Below, piece after piece: positions 49,112 to 61,100 of a DNA stretch of 64,000 nucleotides (its first letter is position 1; each line of letters begins with the position of its first letter). The notes beneath the pieces are model-generated. The model was not told where the DNA came from and did no database searches. It saw only the letters and a program-made list of their open reading frames with translations. The stretch is from Thalia democratica (lineage: Eukaryota). The DNA is taken from contig OZ241827.1 of assembly GCA_965202585.1 (NCBI GenBank), positions 22,692,001-22,756,000 on the forward strand, written 5' to 3'. Position numbers and translations under genes: made by a program.

Positions 49112-52100
49112 ATGTCAACCTTGCTGACAGTTTCAAAATCAACAAAAAAATTAGGAAAACCCATTGCTCGATTTTCGTCAACCTGGAAAACTCCTCTAAA
49201 CCCAGAATGGGTGGCTTTGGCAACCAAGCAACTGAAGGGAAAAGACCCTAAAGAAAAGTTGACTTGGCACTCACCAGAAGGAATAAAAATAAAACCTTTT
49301 TACTCTAAGGCAGACACTGAGCATATTGAAGATGAAATATCAGGTTAGATTTAAAAAAAAATATTTATTTTTGAATTGATATAAAAACATGCTGTTATTT
49401 TCTAAATGTGCATATTATTTAAATGTTTTGTTAATAAAGAGATATTAAAAGTTTTGAATAAAAACATTCACCTAGTGGTATAAAACTTTTTAATAAGTTT
49501 TTTAATGATTATTTTTAAAATAAACCTAGTCATACATATTGTTTTAATCAGGGTTGCCAAAAAACCTGGAATCCTAGGCTAAAAAACCTAGAATTTGAGA
49601 AATTTTGAAATAAAAAATGGAAAAACCTGGAATTTTGAACAAAAATAACTAAAAACTCTTGAAAAACCTGGAGTTTCAAACAATTTTATATGTAAATTAA
49701 TAAAATTTTGATTTTACACAAAATAATGTGTCATATAAATATTTTTTTTGCTGTTGTCAATTTAATTTAAAATAAAACACATTTAAAGTATCTTTTTATT
49801 ATTATTGTACTATTTAAGACAGTTTTCACTTTAAACTTAACTTGTACTGATAATAGACCCAAAAGTTATAGCAGGAACACCAGGAAGAAATTTCTAAAAA
49901 AGTTTTAGCAACCCTGTTTGATAAGTTTCACAAAATATTGTTTACTTTCAACTACATCATTAGTTTTTCTACTTTTGTTCAAGTATAAGTACAGTCACCT
50001 CTTGCAAATCTACGCACATTGTTTCCACAGCAAAAGTGCTTAACTAAATAAGAGAACATAACTAAACGATAGGTAGGTAATATACCTACTATACTGGCTG
50101 TTTTCCTATAATGGGTTTGATTAAATACAGTTTGTGGATTTTCCCACTTTTTTGCTCACAAAATAAGTTTTCATTCAAGTTATACATGTATGTGAAAAGT
50201 TTTAAACAAAAATTGTTTATGTGTATATAAATTGTTTTTTTTCAACTGTTTTCCTTGCATACCTAAGATGAAGCTTGTATTGCATGGTATTAGAGAAAAA
50301 AACTCTAACACCATGCAAAACAAATATATTTTTAGCTGGGCAAGGAACAAGTTAGCTATAAATAAGTGATTTATTGAGTTGAACTTTTTGAGTATTTGAA
50401 AAATTATACCTTGTTTGATTTAAAAGTATAAAGGGGGGCTAAGATGCCTAAAAAAGTTAAAATCAAAGCCATCGAGTTGAATAGGATTTTATAAAAGGCA
50501 AAAACTTAAAATGCAAAATCTCAATTTTGTTGAAAATCCATCTTCTATATTAGCATTAAAAATGATATATAAAAAGTTAAATATATTACTTGCTCAACAA
50601 ACACAAAAAAATCAATAATACAGAGTTTTCAAACTTTTTTTGAAATATCTTAAATGGGTAACTTAACGAGAAGGTGTAACCAAACAAGTGCATAGATTTG
50701 CAAGAGGCGACTGTAATAATTTTTATAGATGAAATTAAAATCATTTTTGAGTGTTTTTAAACATTCTTAAGTACTCGGAAAATTATCATATAGTATACAT
50801 TTGATTTTGTTGCTAATAGTTTTACATCTAGTAAAACCTAATAACTAATGTAATAATTTTATTGCTATTTCAAAGGCAAATACCCTTACACCAGAGGACC
50901 TTATCCAACCATGTATGCTGGTAGGCCTTGGACCATTCGCCAGTACGCCGGTTTCAGTACTGTGGAAGAAAGTAATAAATTTTACAGGTTAACTTTAAAG
51001 CTGTTATAATTTAAGAAACTATTTTTTTTAAAGTTTGTTGTTGTTTTAAACAATATGTTTTTATTGTCTTTTTTGTATATAAGTACATTTTTTGGTAATA
51101 TTTGTAAAATTGTTCATAAGTTTATTTGTTAGGTTTCAATTAAATGTGTTTTGCAATCAGAGGTTTTTATAATGAACATGTACTCAGTTATTTATTTAAT
51201 GATATTTTCCTTTTTTTTTTGATTATGTGTAAATTTTATGCTAAAAATGATAAAATGTTAATATTTAGTTTGTTTATAAAGTTTTATAAAAGAATTAAGT
51301 TCGCTGACAGTTTGTTGCTTATAAATTTTTACAAAGGAATATATGTTAAGTTTGATGATATTACTTTAAATCAAATTATTTTTTTTAGTTTTATTAAACA
51401 TTTTTTGTATAATACACTTTTGAATTAAATAAAAACATAAATCTGTGAGTATTGTAAGTTTTTTTTATAACTCACTTATAATAATCAATAAGTTACATAA
51501 ATATAAGGTAATCTGAACAGTTAAATAAAGGCTTAAAAGTTTTGCTAGAAGTGTTGATAAGTTTAAAATTCCAAAAATATAATTTTTCTTTGTTTTATGA
51601 AAGTATATTTTTTCTGTTTTTAATTAATAAGTAACTCTACAAACAAATACACCTAAAATATCAATTCAATACATCTTAGTAAGGTTAAAATCCATAATTT
51701 CAATACTTTGATCCAAACAGCTTTATTTTTGGTATTAATGAATTTTGATGTCTTTAAAAATTGATAATCAACCGCCAAAATTTTTTTTTTAATAATTGTA
51801 ATTCAAAGTATTTTATTTGTTTTTTTAATTAAAAAGGTTATCTTAAAGTTTTTTTTAATAAGTTTAATCAGTAGTTTCATCAGGTATTTCAATTAAAAAA
51901 AAAAAAGTTTTTTGTTATTAATCTAGTAAAACTGTTAAATTAAGGTATTTTCTGAACATTCTGGAGATAGACATGTATATATTTTTTGACACCATAGACT
52001 AAGTAAATTTCTAAAATACTTTAAAAAGATTTTTAGCTAAACCAAAACTAAAAATAAAATTTCATATAATCTTACTAATCGTTTTCTAAAAAAAACATAA

Positions 52101-55100
52101 TAAATAATTTCCCTTTTTAAAGTTTCTTTGTCTAATTTTGATAAAAAAGTTCGTTTTCATCATCAAAACTTTAAATTTAGCATCTACTAAATATTTACTA
52201 GCTGTTACAACACAAAGTTATTAAAATAAAACTGTATTTGTTTTATAAAAGAGCTTTAAACAAGTAAATTTTTGTAAAGGTAAGTTAGTTCATACAGAAA
52301 AAATATTTTAAGAAGCTACAACATAAAGTCTGATAACTTTTGTATTTAGAAATATTTTTAATTATTTTGAAAATTTTAATTGGACTACATTGAAAATTAT
52401 TTTTTAAAAAAATTAAAATAATTGACTTTATACAAAGTTTTACTTTTTAGGTCTAGTTCAGCATTATTCTGGCCCACTGTGCTATTTATCATAATTTAAA
52501 TGAAATTCGACAAAATTTGAAAAAACATCACACTTTGTCAGTTCAAATTTACAAATTTCCTAATTTACCAAAGCCTTGAAGCAGTAAAAAGATAATTAAA
52601 AATCCTTTAAAGTCAGGATAAAATTGCAAAATTTTCTTAGAAATTTACAAAATTACTTAATTTTCAATGCCTTTATCTGGTAGAAATTAATAAAATATCC
52701 TTTATAAAACTGCAAGAATTTTCTATTAACATATTGAACAACTACCCTACTGGAACAAGCAGTTTTTTAATGCTTTTTAGTATTGATGATCTGTGGCAAG
52801 GACGCATCCATAGTGAAACTGTGATATATACACAAAAGTTTTCTTGCATTTCTTCAGTTATGTGATATTTCTCATGTAGCCTTTTTTAACATTCTACCAG
52901 ATCACCTAGCCTGTTGTTGCCTTTATGCATGAGGACATTTGTGCTTGGTAATTGCTGTGCATCATTATGAAAGACGTGATAGTTACAAATCTCAGCCATA
53001 GCCAGTAATTAAAGGTTGAGTTAAATGATCAAGCTTCCCTGAAACCTGCCCTTGATCTTGGTTGTGCTGCAACCAATTTGCTTGCAAATTTAAGCTAAAA
53101 AGACGTAGTTGAGGATTAAAAGGCCTTAAATTTCAACAAAGAATGTAGAGTATTTGTTATAAAAGCGGTTGAAAATCTCCGGAGCAAATAGGCCATTGTA
53201 AGTACATTTGTAAAAAATATGTTATGCTTAAATCCGCATAGCCTTGAAAAATTGGAAGTCACAATTGTTGTTAAGCGTTTTGCCAACATTGTGCACTCCT
53301 TAACATAGTAAAAAATGTGCTCCAACTCAAGGTGATGCTAGCATTGAACAACTTAGAACTTTGGTAAATTTTCCAATAGATGCATTAAAGTTCAAGAGCT
53401 TCAAGCAAAGTGAAGATCGTTTGGAATAATTCTATTTTGAAACACTGAAAGTTTCTGCCAAATCTTCTCTCGGAAAGTTATTGCAACCATTATTTGTGTT
53501 GCACAATGACCAGGCTGAGGACAAACGAGGGTTTAGTATTAACAAAGCTCTGCTTGAAAACAGTATGAAAGGAGAAACTATGACATCCAGAAGAAGAATT
53601 AAAGATTATATGTATGCATACAAAGTAGAACTTAATCAAGTTAGAAAATACAAGTATTTTGCTGATAAGCTGTTTATTGCAAATACCATCAATCATACAC
53701 AGATGGTTGAAATGATTTAATGGAAGTTATATGACTAAATTCATCAAAAAATCTGTTATTTTAACCTGTATAAAAATAGGATTTAAAACTTTGTATAGTT
53801 TCAAGTGTTTGACTATGTATTTTAGAATAAGTTTAAATTAAGAGTTTAGATTTAGAAAAGTCAGGAAAATTTTAGTAAAAAGTCAGGAAATTTTTCTCAG
53901 TTTTATCTGTGGCAACCCTATATAGTTATGTACATAACAATTATTGTTTTCTATTGAAAAGAAAATATTATGTCTTCCAGAGGTAATATAGGAAGAAATT
54001 AGTTTTTTTGAACTAAGATCATATTGCGTTAAAATGTTTTGAAATAGTGATTATATTTATACTTATCATATCTAATTTAAATGTAATCTAAAAAAGGTAT
54101 TCTATTAAATATGACTTAATTAATCTATATTTCTAAATGCCTTAATATAAATATTTTTTACAAATACTTGTTGATGTTTGAGTTTTCAAAACTAACAAAA
54201 GTGATACATACTATTTACTTCAAAGTATAGTTGTGTACAAGTTCTAGAAGCTGTGTTTTGAACTTTTAAATGATGCATCATCAAACTTGGCATACTATGT
54301 TCATCGAGTTCTAAAAGTTAACATAAGCTACAAAGTTTAGTTTCAGCAAAATGTAACTTTTATCCTTCACCACAACTACAAACGTAACTAATCAATTCGT
54401 ATCTGACTTGAAAGAAACTCAAAATACATACTAAAACCTGATCTCATGAAATACGAACCAACAGAGACAACATAGCGGCGGGCCAGCAGGGGCTGAGCGT
54501 GGCGTTCGACCTCGCCACGCACCGCGGCTACGACTCGGACAACCCGAGGGTGAAGGGGGACGTGGGCATGGCGGGCGTGGCCATCGACTCCATTGAAGAC
54601 ATGAGCAGGTCAGATTACGCTTTGTTTGTTACGATGACTTGTGCTTTAAGACTTTGTAATTGTTTTAAACTTTTGTAATTTTTTTGTTTTGTTATTTAAA
54701 AAAATGGCCAATGTGTTACGCAGAAACCTGTCAATAGAGTTTAGTAAATTACAAATGTTGGTTTGCATATTTTCAAACTGGTAATTTGAATTAAGTTTAC
54801 TTCCACCAATACTCCTTGTTATAAATAGTTTGTATAAAATTTAAAACTTTTGCTGTTTTCAAATAGGGTCTCTTTGCATAGTTTCAATCTTAGAATTTTC
54901 TCTATTAATGCTCTATAGGTTATGTACAATTTACTTTTCTCTACTGTTTTAGTTCTCATTTCTTGATTTGACATTTTAGGGTCAATAAATCTGGGTTTAA
55001 TATGCTTTTTTTTTTACTTTTATCCAACTATTAAAAACTTAAAATATGGATGTGTTTCATAATCTTTTTAAAAACTGAAAAGAAATATATACAATGCTTG

Positions 55101-58100
55101 TAAAGGAAAAACATAAAGAACCAGTACAAGGTTATAAAAAACTAACAATGCATTTTTAAACAAACTAAATGACATATGAGAATGTCAAAACTTAATGTTA
55201 CCCAAAATTTATGTAAAATTTAGTAATTTCTTTATCCAATTGATGAAGTAAAATATGATTTAAGTCTTATTTATGTAAAGTTTAACTAAATGTCTTAAAC
55301 ATAAATTTTTCATTACTAAATTACTTATCAAAAATGAGAACTAATAATAGTATGGTCAATCAGGCAACAAAAATGTGACTTTTCAAGAATTTAAATTCAT
55401 AATAGACTTAACAGACTTTGTTTGATGTTTTAAAAAAACATATTTTGCTTATTTCGCACTGCCAGTTTAATTTTCACTTTGGAATGCTACTTTATTAGCA
55501 GAATACCCTTTATACTACATACAAGGTTGACACTTGGTCAGTTAAAACAGTAAATTTGAACTTTCAGCAAACAGAGATTTTTTTTAAATGGGAATTTTTT
55601 CAAAGTCGTAGCGAAAATATTATTGAAAAAAAAAAATTGTTTAAGTAGAGTAACTACTAATTGTTCTAAAATATTTTTTGCTCTACAAATAATACAGTGT
55701 TCAATTTTTGTTTTTTTACCTAATTAAGTTAAATACTAAACTACTGGGTAAAAAATTTTTGTTAAACAATGCATGCTTAGAAACCTAGAGTGCGTAGTTT
55801 TTTTCATACTAAATGGTATTTTGGTTCACTGTAATTATGCAACCACTGCACAATCTTATAATCCCATTGAGTTTCGCAAACCTGCCTTTAAATTTAACTA
55901 AAATGTTCAAAAAGCTGAACATTTCAAACGCGCACAGGTTGTTTGAGGGAATTCCCCTCGACAAAATGTCCGTTTCCATGACGATGAACGGGGCGGTGTT
56001 GCCGGTGCTGGCCATGTTCATTGCGGCGGGAAAGGAACAGGGGGTTGAGAGTAAGAAGCTGACGGGAACCATACAAAACGATATTCTCAAAGGTAAGATT
56101 CCATTAGAAAGTACATAAACTTTAACTTTTTTGTTGTAATTATTAAGTACATATTTTACATTCCATTTTTTGTAGAATTAGACTAAACAGCTTAGTTTGG
56201 TTTTATTATGATAAAAACTGTTTATAATATTTCTACAACTAGCTTTAATATAATTTTGAAAAGTAGTTTTACATTAAAATATATCTAAATATTAAAATTT
56301 TAATTGTATTTGTAAATCATTTTGCATTCCATTTGTTGTAATTTCAAATCAAACAGCTTAACTTATTTTTTGTAATACAAACTATATAAAGTATTTTTCT
56401 ATTCAAGGTTGCTTTTTAAAAATATAAACATATATTTTTATTGGTTATATCTTTCTGGTAACACTAGGTCAGTAAGTTTTGATTTGAAAAAGTCAAATAA
56501 AAATGACAGTAAGGGTTTTTGTTCACTTATATTTTGTGCTAATATTTTTCATCTTACTTGGATTTCATAATCTATATAATGTAAAGTTTTTGTAGGTTAT
56601 TATTTGACATAAACAGGGCTGCCAATACCACTGGCTATTCAGAATAGTTAAATTTATAAAAAATTAACCCAAACCACATTAATTAAACTATCTTCTTAAA
56701 GCTAGATTAAATTAGTTATGTCTTTATACAGATATATTTATTTTATTTTTTTACTTACAGGGTTGCCAAAAAACCTGGAATCCTGGAAAAACTTCGAATT
56801 TGACAACTTAGGCCAAAAAAATAAAATAATCTAAAATTCTAGCCAAAAATTGCTATAAAACCTTGAAAGACCTAGAATTTTAGACCATTTTTACTTGTAA
56901 AGTAATGCAATTTCGATTAAATAAGTAATTTATAATATAAATAGAAATTTTTTTGTATCATCTGAAAATTTTTTTATCAAAAGAACGAATTCAAAATAGA
57001 TATACTATATCTTTTCTATTTTGTTTAGCAGTTTTTTACCTTAAATTTAGTTTTATTCTTTAAATGGACCAAAAAACTTGTTCTTTAAAAAACCTGGAAT
57101 AAATTCATAAAATCTGGAAAGAATTTTCAAAAAACCTTTGGCAACCCTGTACTTAAATCAGATTTGAGGTATGAAATATATGTTTTTGTTAGACGTACTT
57201 TATTAGCTTTGGCAGACTCTATTAAGGTCATCGTACATTTGTTTTCTAGCCTGTTTTACATATTTATTTTTTCATTCGGCAATCTTGTTGGTATGTTTTT
57301 GTTATAGGCTGAACTAAAATTATTGTTTTAAAACCACATGTTTTTATAGCAAGTTGTTTTCAAGCATTTAACACTAATTCAATTTTAAAGAGTTTATGGT
57401 GAGAAACACGTACATTTACCCGCCAAAACCTTCCATGAGAATTATATCCGATATATTCGCTTACACTTCAAAACACATGCCCAAGTTTGTTGTTTGTATT
57501 GTCAGAAATTGTAATACTTGTATAAAAATCATTTATTTAAGGCTTGGAATTTTTTTTAATAAAAAAGTTATACTTTTATTTTGTACAATTTTATTTTAAC
57601 ATACTATTTGTGCAAAATATTGAAAATTACTTTATTTCGTGCCAATAGAAATAATAGCATATGTTTTAAAAGACTTCAGAGATGAGAAATTTTAAACTTT
57701 TTTTAACAGCGTTTTGTTTAAACTTAAAGTACATAATTTGACTTTTAGATATAAATTCAGTTTTACATGTCCAACCATTTAAAGTATGATTGTGTTTCTG
57801 TATTGCAACTTTTCGGTGCGTACACTGCACAATTGATTGTGCTTAGGTATTTCTAACAAAACCCCCTAAACAGATACAACAGCATATCGATCAGTGGCTA
57901 CCACATGCAAGAAGCGGGGGCCGACGCTATACTGGAACTCGCTTACACTATTGCCGATGGCATCCAATACTGCAGAACTGGACTTGAGGTAGGGAAAAAT
58001 TAAACAAAACGATAAATAAGTTGATCTGATTTATATTTGCTCGTGTTTACAGAGTTTTATAATTTTTTTTTTAGTTGGTATTTATGATTTAATCTATTAA

Positions 58101-61100
58101 GAAAAAAATATATAAAAATAAAGCCGATGTTAAAATGAATTTTTATATAGCACAAGCTGATGAAAAAGTCCTGCTGCACATTCTATTATATATTTAATAA
58201 AGACAAGTTCTACCTTCATTAAACAAAATACACTTAATCTTATATCAGGGTTGCCAAAAAACCTTGAATCCTTAAAAAAACCTGTAATTTGGCAGTTTAG
58301 GCAAAAATAAGACTAAAAAAATCTAGAATTTTAAATGATTAACGAAACAGCTATCATATACAATAGTTTTTTGTATCATTTACAGTTTTATTTATTATGA
58401 AACACATTTAAACAAGGCATGACACTATTTTTTCAATATTTATATACTATTTAAGACAATTTTACCTTAAATTTAGTTTTATACTAAAAATAAACAAAAA
58501 ACCTTGTACTTTAAAAACCTGGAAAAAATTTTCAGAGAACTTTTGACAACCCTGTTATATAAATAACAAAGTTAAAGATATAAAGCTAACAAATCTTACG
58601 GTGCACTATAGTTAAGTACGTGTTAACAAAACATCTACACTGCAGGCCGGCTTGGACATCGACAACTTCGCTCCCCGCCTGTCCTTCTTCTGGGGCGTAG
58701 GAATGAACTTTTACATGGAAATCGCCAAGATGCGGGCCGCAAGAAGGTTGTGGGCTCACCTCATCACCAAGAACTTCAGCCCCAAGAACCCCAAGTCGTG
58801 CTTGCTGAGAACCCACAGTCAGACTTCTGGTTCGTTCTAAAATAACAACGTTTTTGATTTAAGCTTATGAGCAAATAAACAGTTGTTCTGTAACACTTTA
58901 GAAATAAATTAGAAATTTAAAATTTTTCATTTAACTTCAAAGCATTGATATGTGCAAATCTACTATACATACAATTTTTTTTTGTTAATATTTTGTGAAA
59001 CAACAGGGTGGTCGCTGACGGAGCAGGACCCCTACAACAACGTGATCAGGACGACCATAGAGGGCATGGCCGCGGTGTTCGGGGGCACCCAGTCCCTCCA
59101 CACGAACAGCTTCGACGAGGCGTTGGGCCTGCCCACCGTCACCAGCGCCAGAATCGCCAGAAACACCCAGATCATACTGCAGGTTCGTGACTATTCTCAA
59201 GTAGTTTAGAAGTGTATCTTGTTCGTACACAAGATACACTTCTACGTTAAACAAAAGCTTATGTTAAGCAAATCGCATTGCACGTCGGTTTTTTTTATAT
59301 AGAAGTGGTTTTGATAAATTTTTTAAGCTGTGCTCAATCAAAAACTAAAAAGTTCTGAACACATTACTACTGTGACTAGGTAAATAAGTTAGTTCGTTTT
59401 TTGAAGAAAAAACTATCATCATTTTTTAATTGTAGTTATTGGTTCAATATTTTTATTTTTAATGAAAATAAACTTCAAAACACATTTTTTGGAAACAAAA
59501 TGTTTACTCATTTTAGAAAGTTCACTTCTTTTCGAAATTTCTGTTCAAACTCTGTGAATCACTGGATAATTGAAATTACAAAATTAGTTTGATATAGTAG
59601 TGACTTTCATGTTTGTGTATGATAAAACCATAGTTTTGTATCAAAATTTTCTCTTATTACTCTTAATAGGCTGTGAAACATTTTAACATAGTTTTATTAT
59701 ATGTATATTATACTTTAAATTTAACTTTGTTATAAACTTTTAAATATTTTTATCACACAAAATTTATAATTTAAAAGTTTTATAAACTACTTTATATGTA
59801 TTATTTTATTGAATTTTCCATTGGATCGTTTGTTTAATTGGTATTTTAAAATACTTTAATCTGTTTTTTTATGTTGTATAATATATTTTTACATATTACA
59901 GGTTTGCCAAGTTACCTGGAAACCTTGAAAAACCTGGAATTTGACAGTTTAGGCAAAAAAAACTGTAAAAACCTGGGATTTGAGTTTTGTTACTTTTTAT
60001 AAAGTAGATAAAGTTAAAATACTTATAGTTTTTATGACTTAAAAATCTGTAGTTTTAGATAACTTTGTTCTTATGGAAACAATAATGTTTTAACATTTAC
60101 TTTTTGTTGATATTGTTAGTGAGTGAAAGTCATTAGGAAAGAAATAAAAACATTATTTTGTACTAGTAACAAAAATATTAAAAATTTTTTACAGAAAACT
60201 TTGAAGTGAAAATAAAACTCTTCAAATTTTTTTAACAAAAAATATAGATAACTAAACAATGCACATATTGTATTTTCCCATTTTTCTCTTTTAGCACAAG
60301 ATGAATTCAATATACCTCAGACAAACTAATTTTTTTCTTAAAATTAAAAAAAAAATTTTAAGCTTGAAAAGTATTATTTAGATTAGTTACAATCTATGTA
60401 TATTTTAATAAAATAGCAGTTTCACTTGCTGTTTTATTTAGTTAAAAATGATTAATATAAAATCATTCAACTGGAGCAAAATATTAATGTATTGAGAAAC
60501 TAAATAGCAGGAGAAAATAAAACTGATATATCTTTTGAACAGCAGTTTTTTTAACTAAATGGTAACTTACTACTAAAAATTATCAAAAAAAGATGTGCTT
60601 TCAAAAACCTGGAAAAAAATCTGAAAAACCTGGAAGAAATTTGGAAAACCTAGAAAAAATTAGTGGCAACCCTGATATTAGTTATTAAAATTATTACTGT
60701 ATCTTTTTTAAATTTTAACTTAATTAATATGTAGTTTGTAGAAAATGTGTGTGTCTATCAAAATTATGTTATTGTGCCTATCAATTTTTTTTTTGCTAAA
60801 TTAAAAACTGTTTAAAAAATTACGAGTTATAAGCAACTTAGCATTTGAAAAGTTAGTTAAAACAACTAAAAATTTAGACAATAAAGTATTCACAGAATCC
60901 GTAAAGAATACTAAAGTTTTTTAAATCACCAAAAACAAAATTTTGTACACACTTTAGGAAGAAACTGGAATTCCGAAAGTGATTGATCCGTGGGGCGGGT
61001 CTTACATGATGGAAAATCTCACCAACGACGTGTACGACGCTGCAATGAAGGTTGAATTAAACAGTTGCTGTAATGTTTACTGAAAGTGTAAAATATTTAC

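Noticed and set aside
40098-51428. AT-rich 60-95 aa ORFs (40098-40295, 49032-49251, 51144-51428; likewise 10210-10422, 21909-22154, 60116-60310)
   Set aside because: F/L/I/K-biased translations typical of random AT-rich intronic DNA; some start at non-ATG codons or overlap repeats or real exons in the wrong frame.
49549-60674. Recurrent AAAACCTGGAA / TTCCAGG short repeats as a CRISPR-like array
   Set aside because: They are irregularly spaced, lie inside TIR-bounded MITEs with TSDs, have no unique spacers and no cas genes, and the context is eukaryotic.
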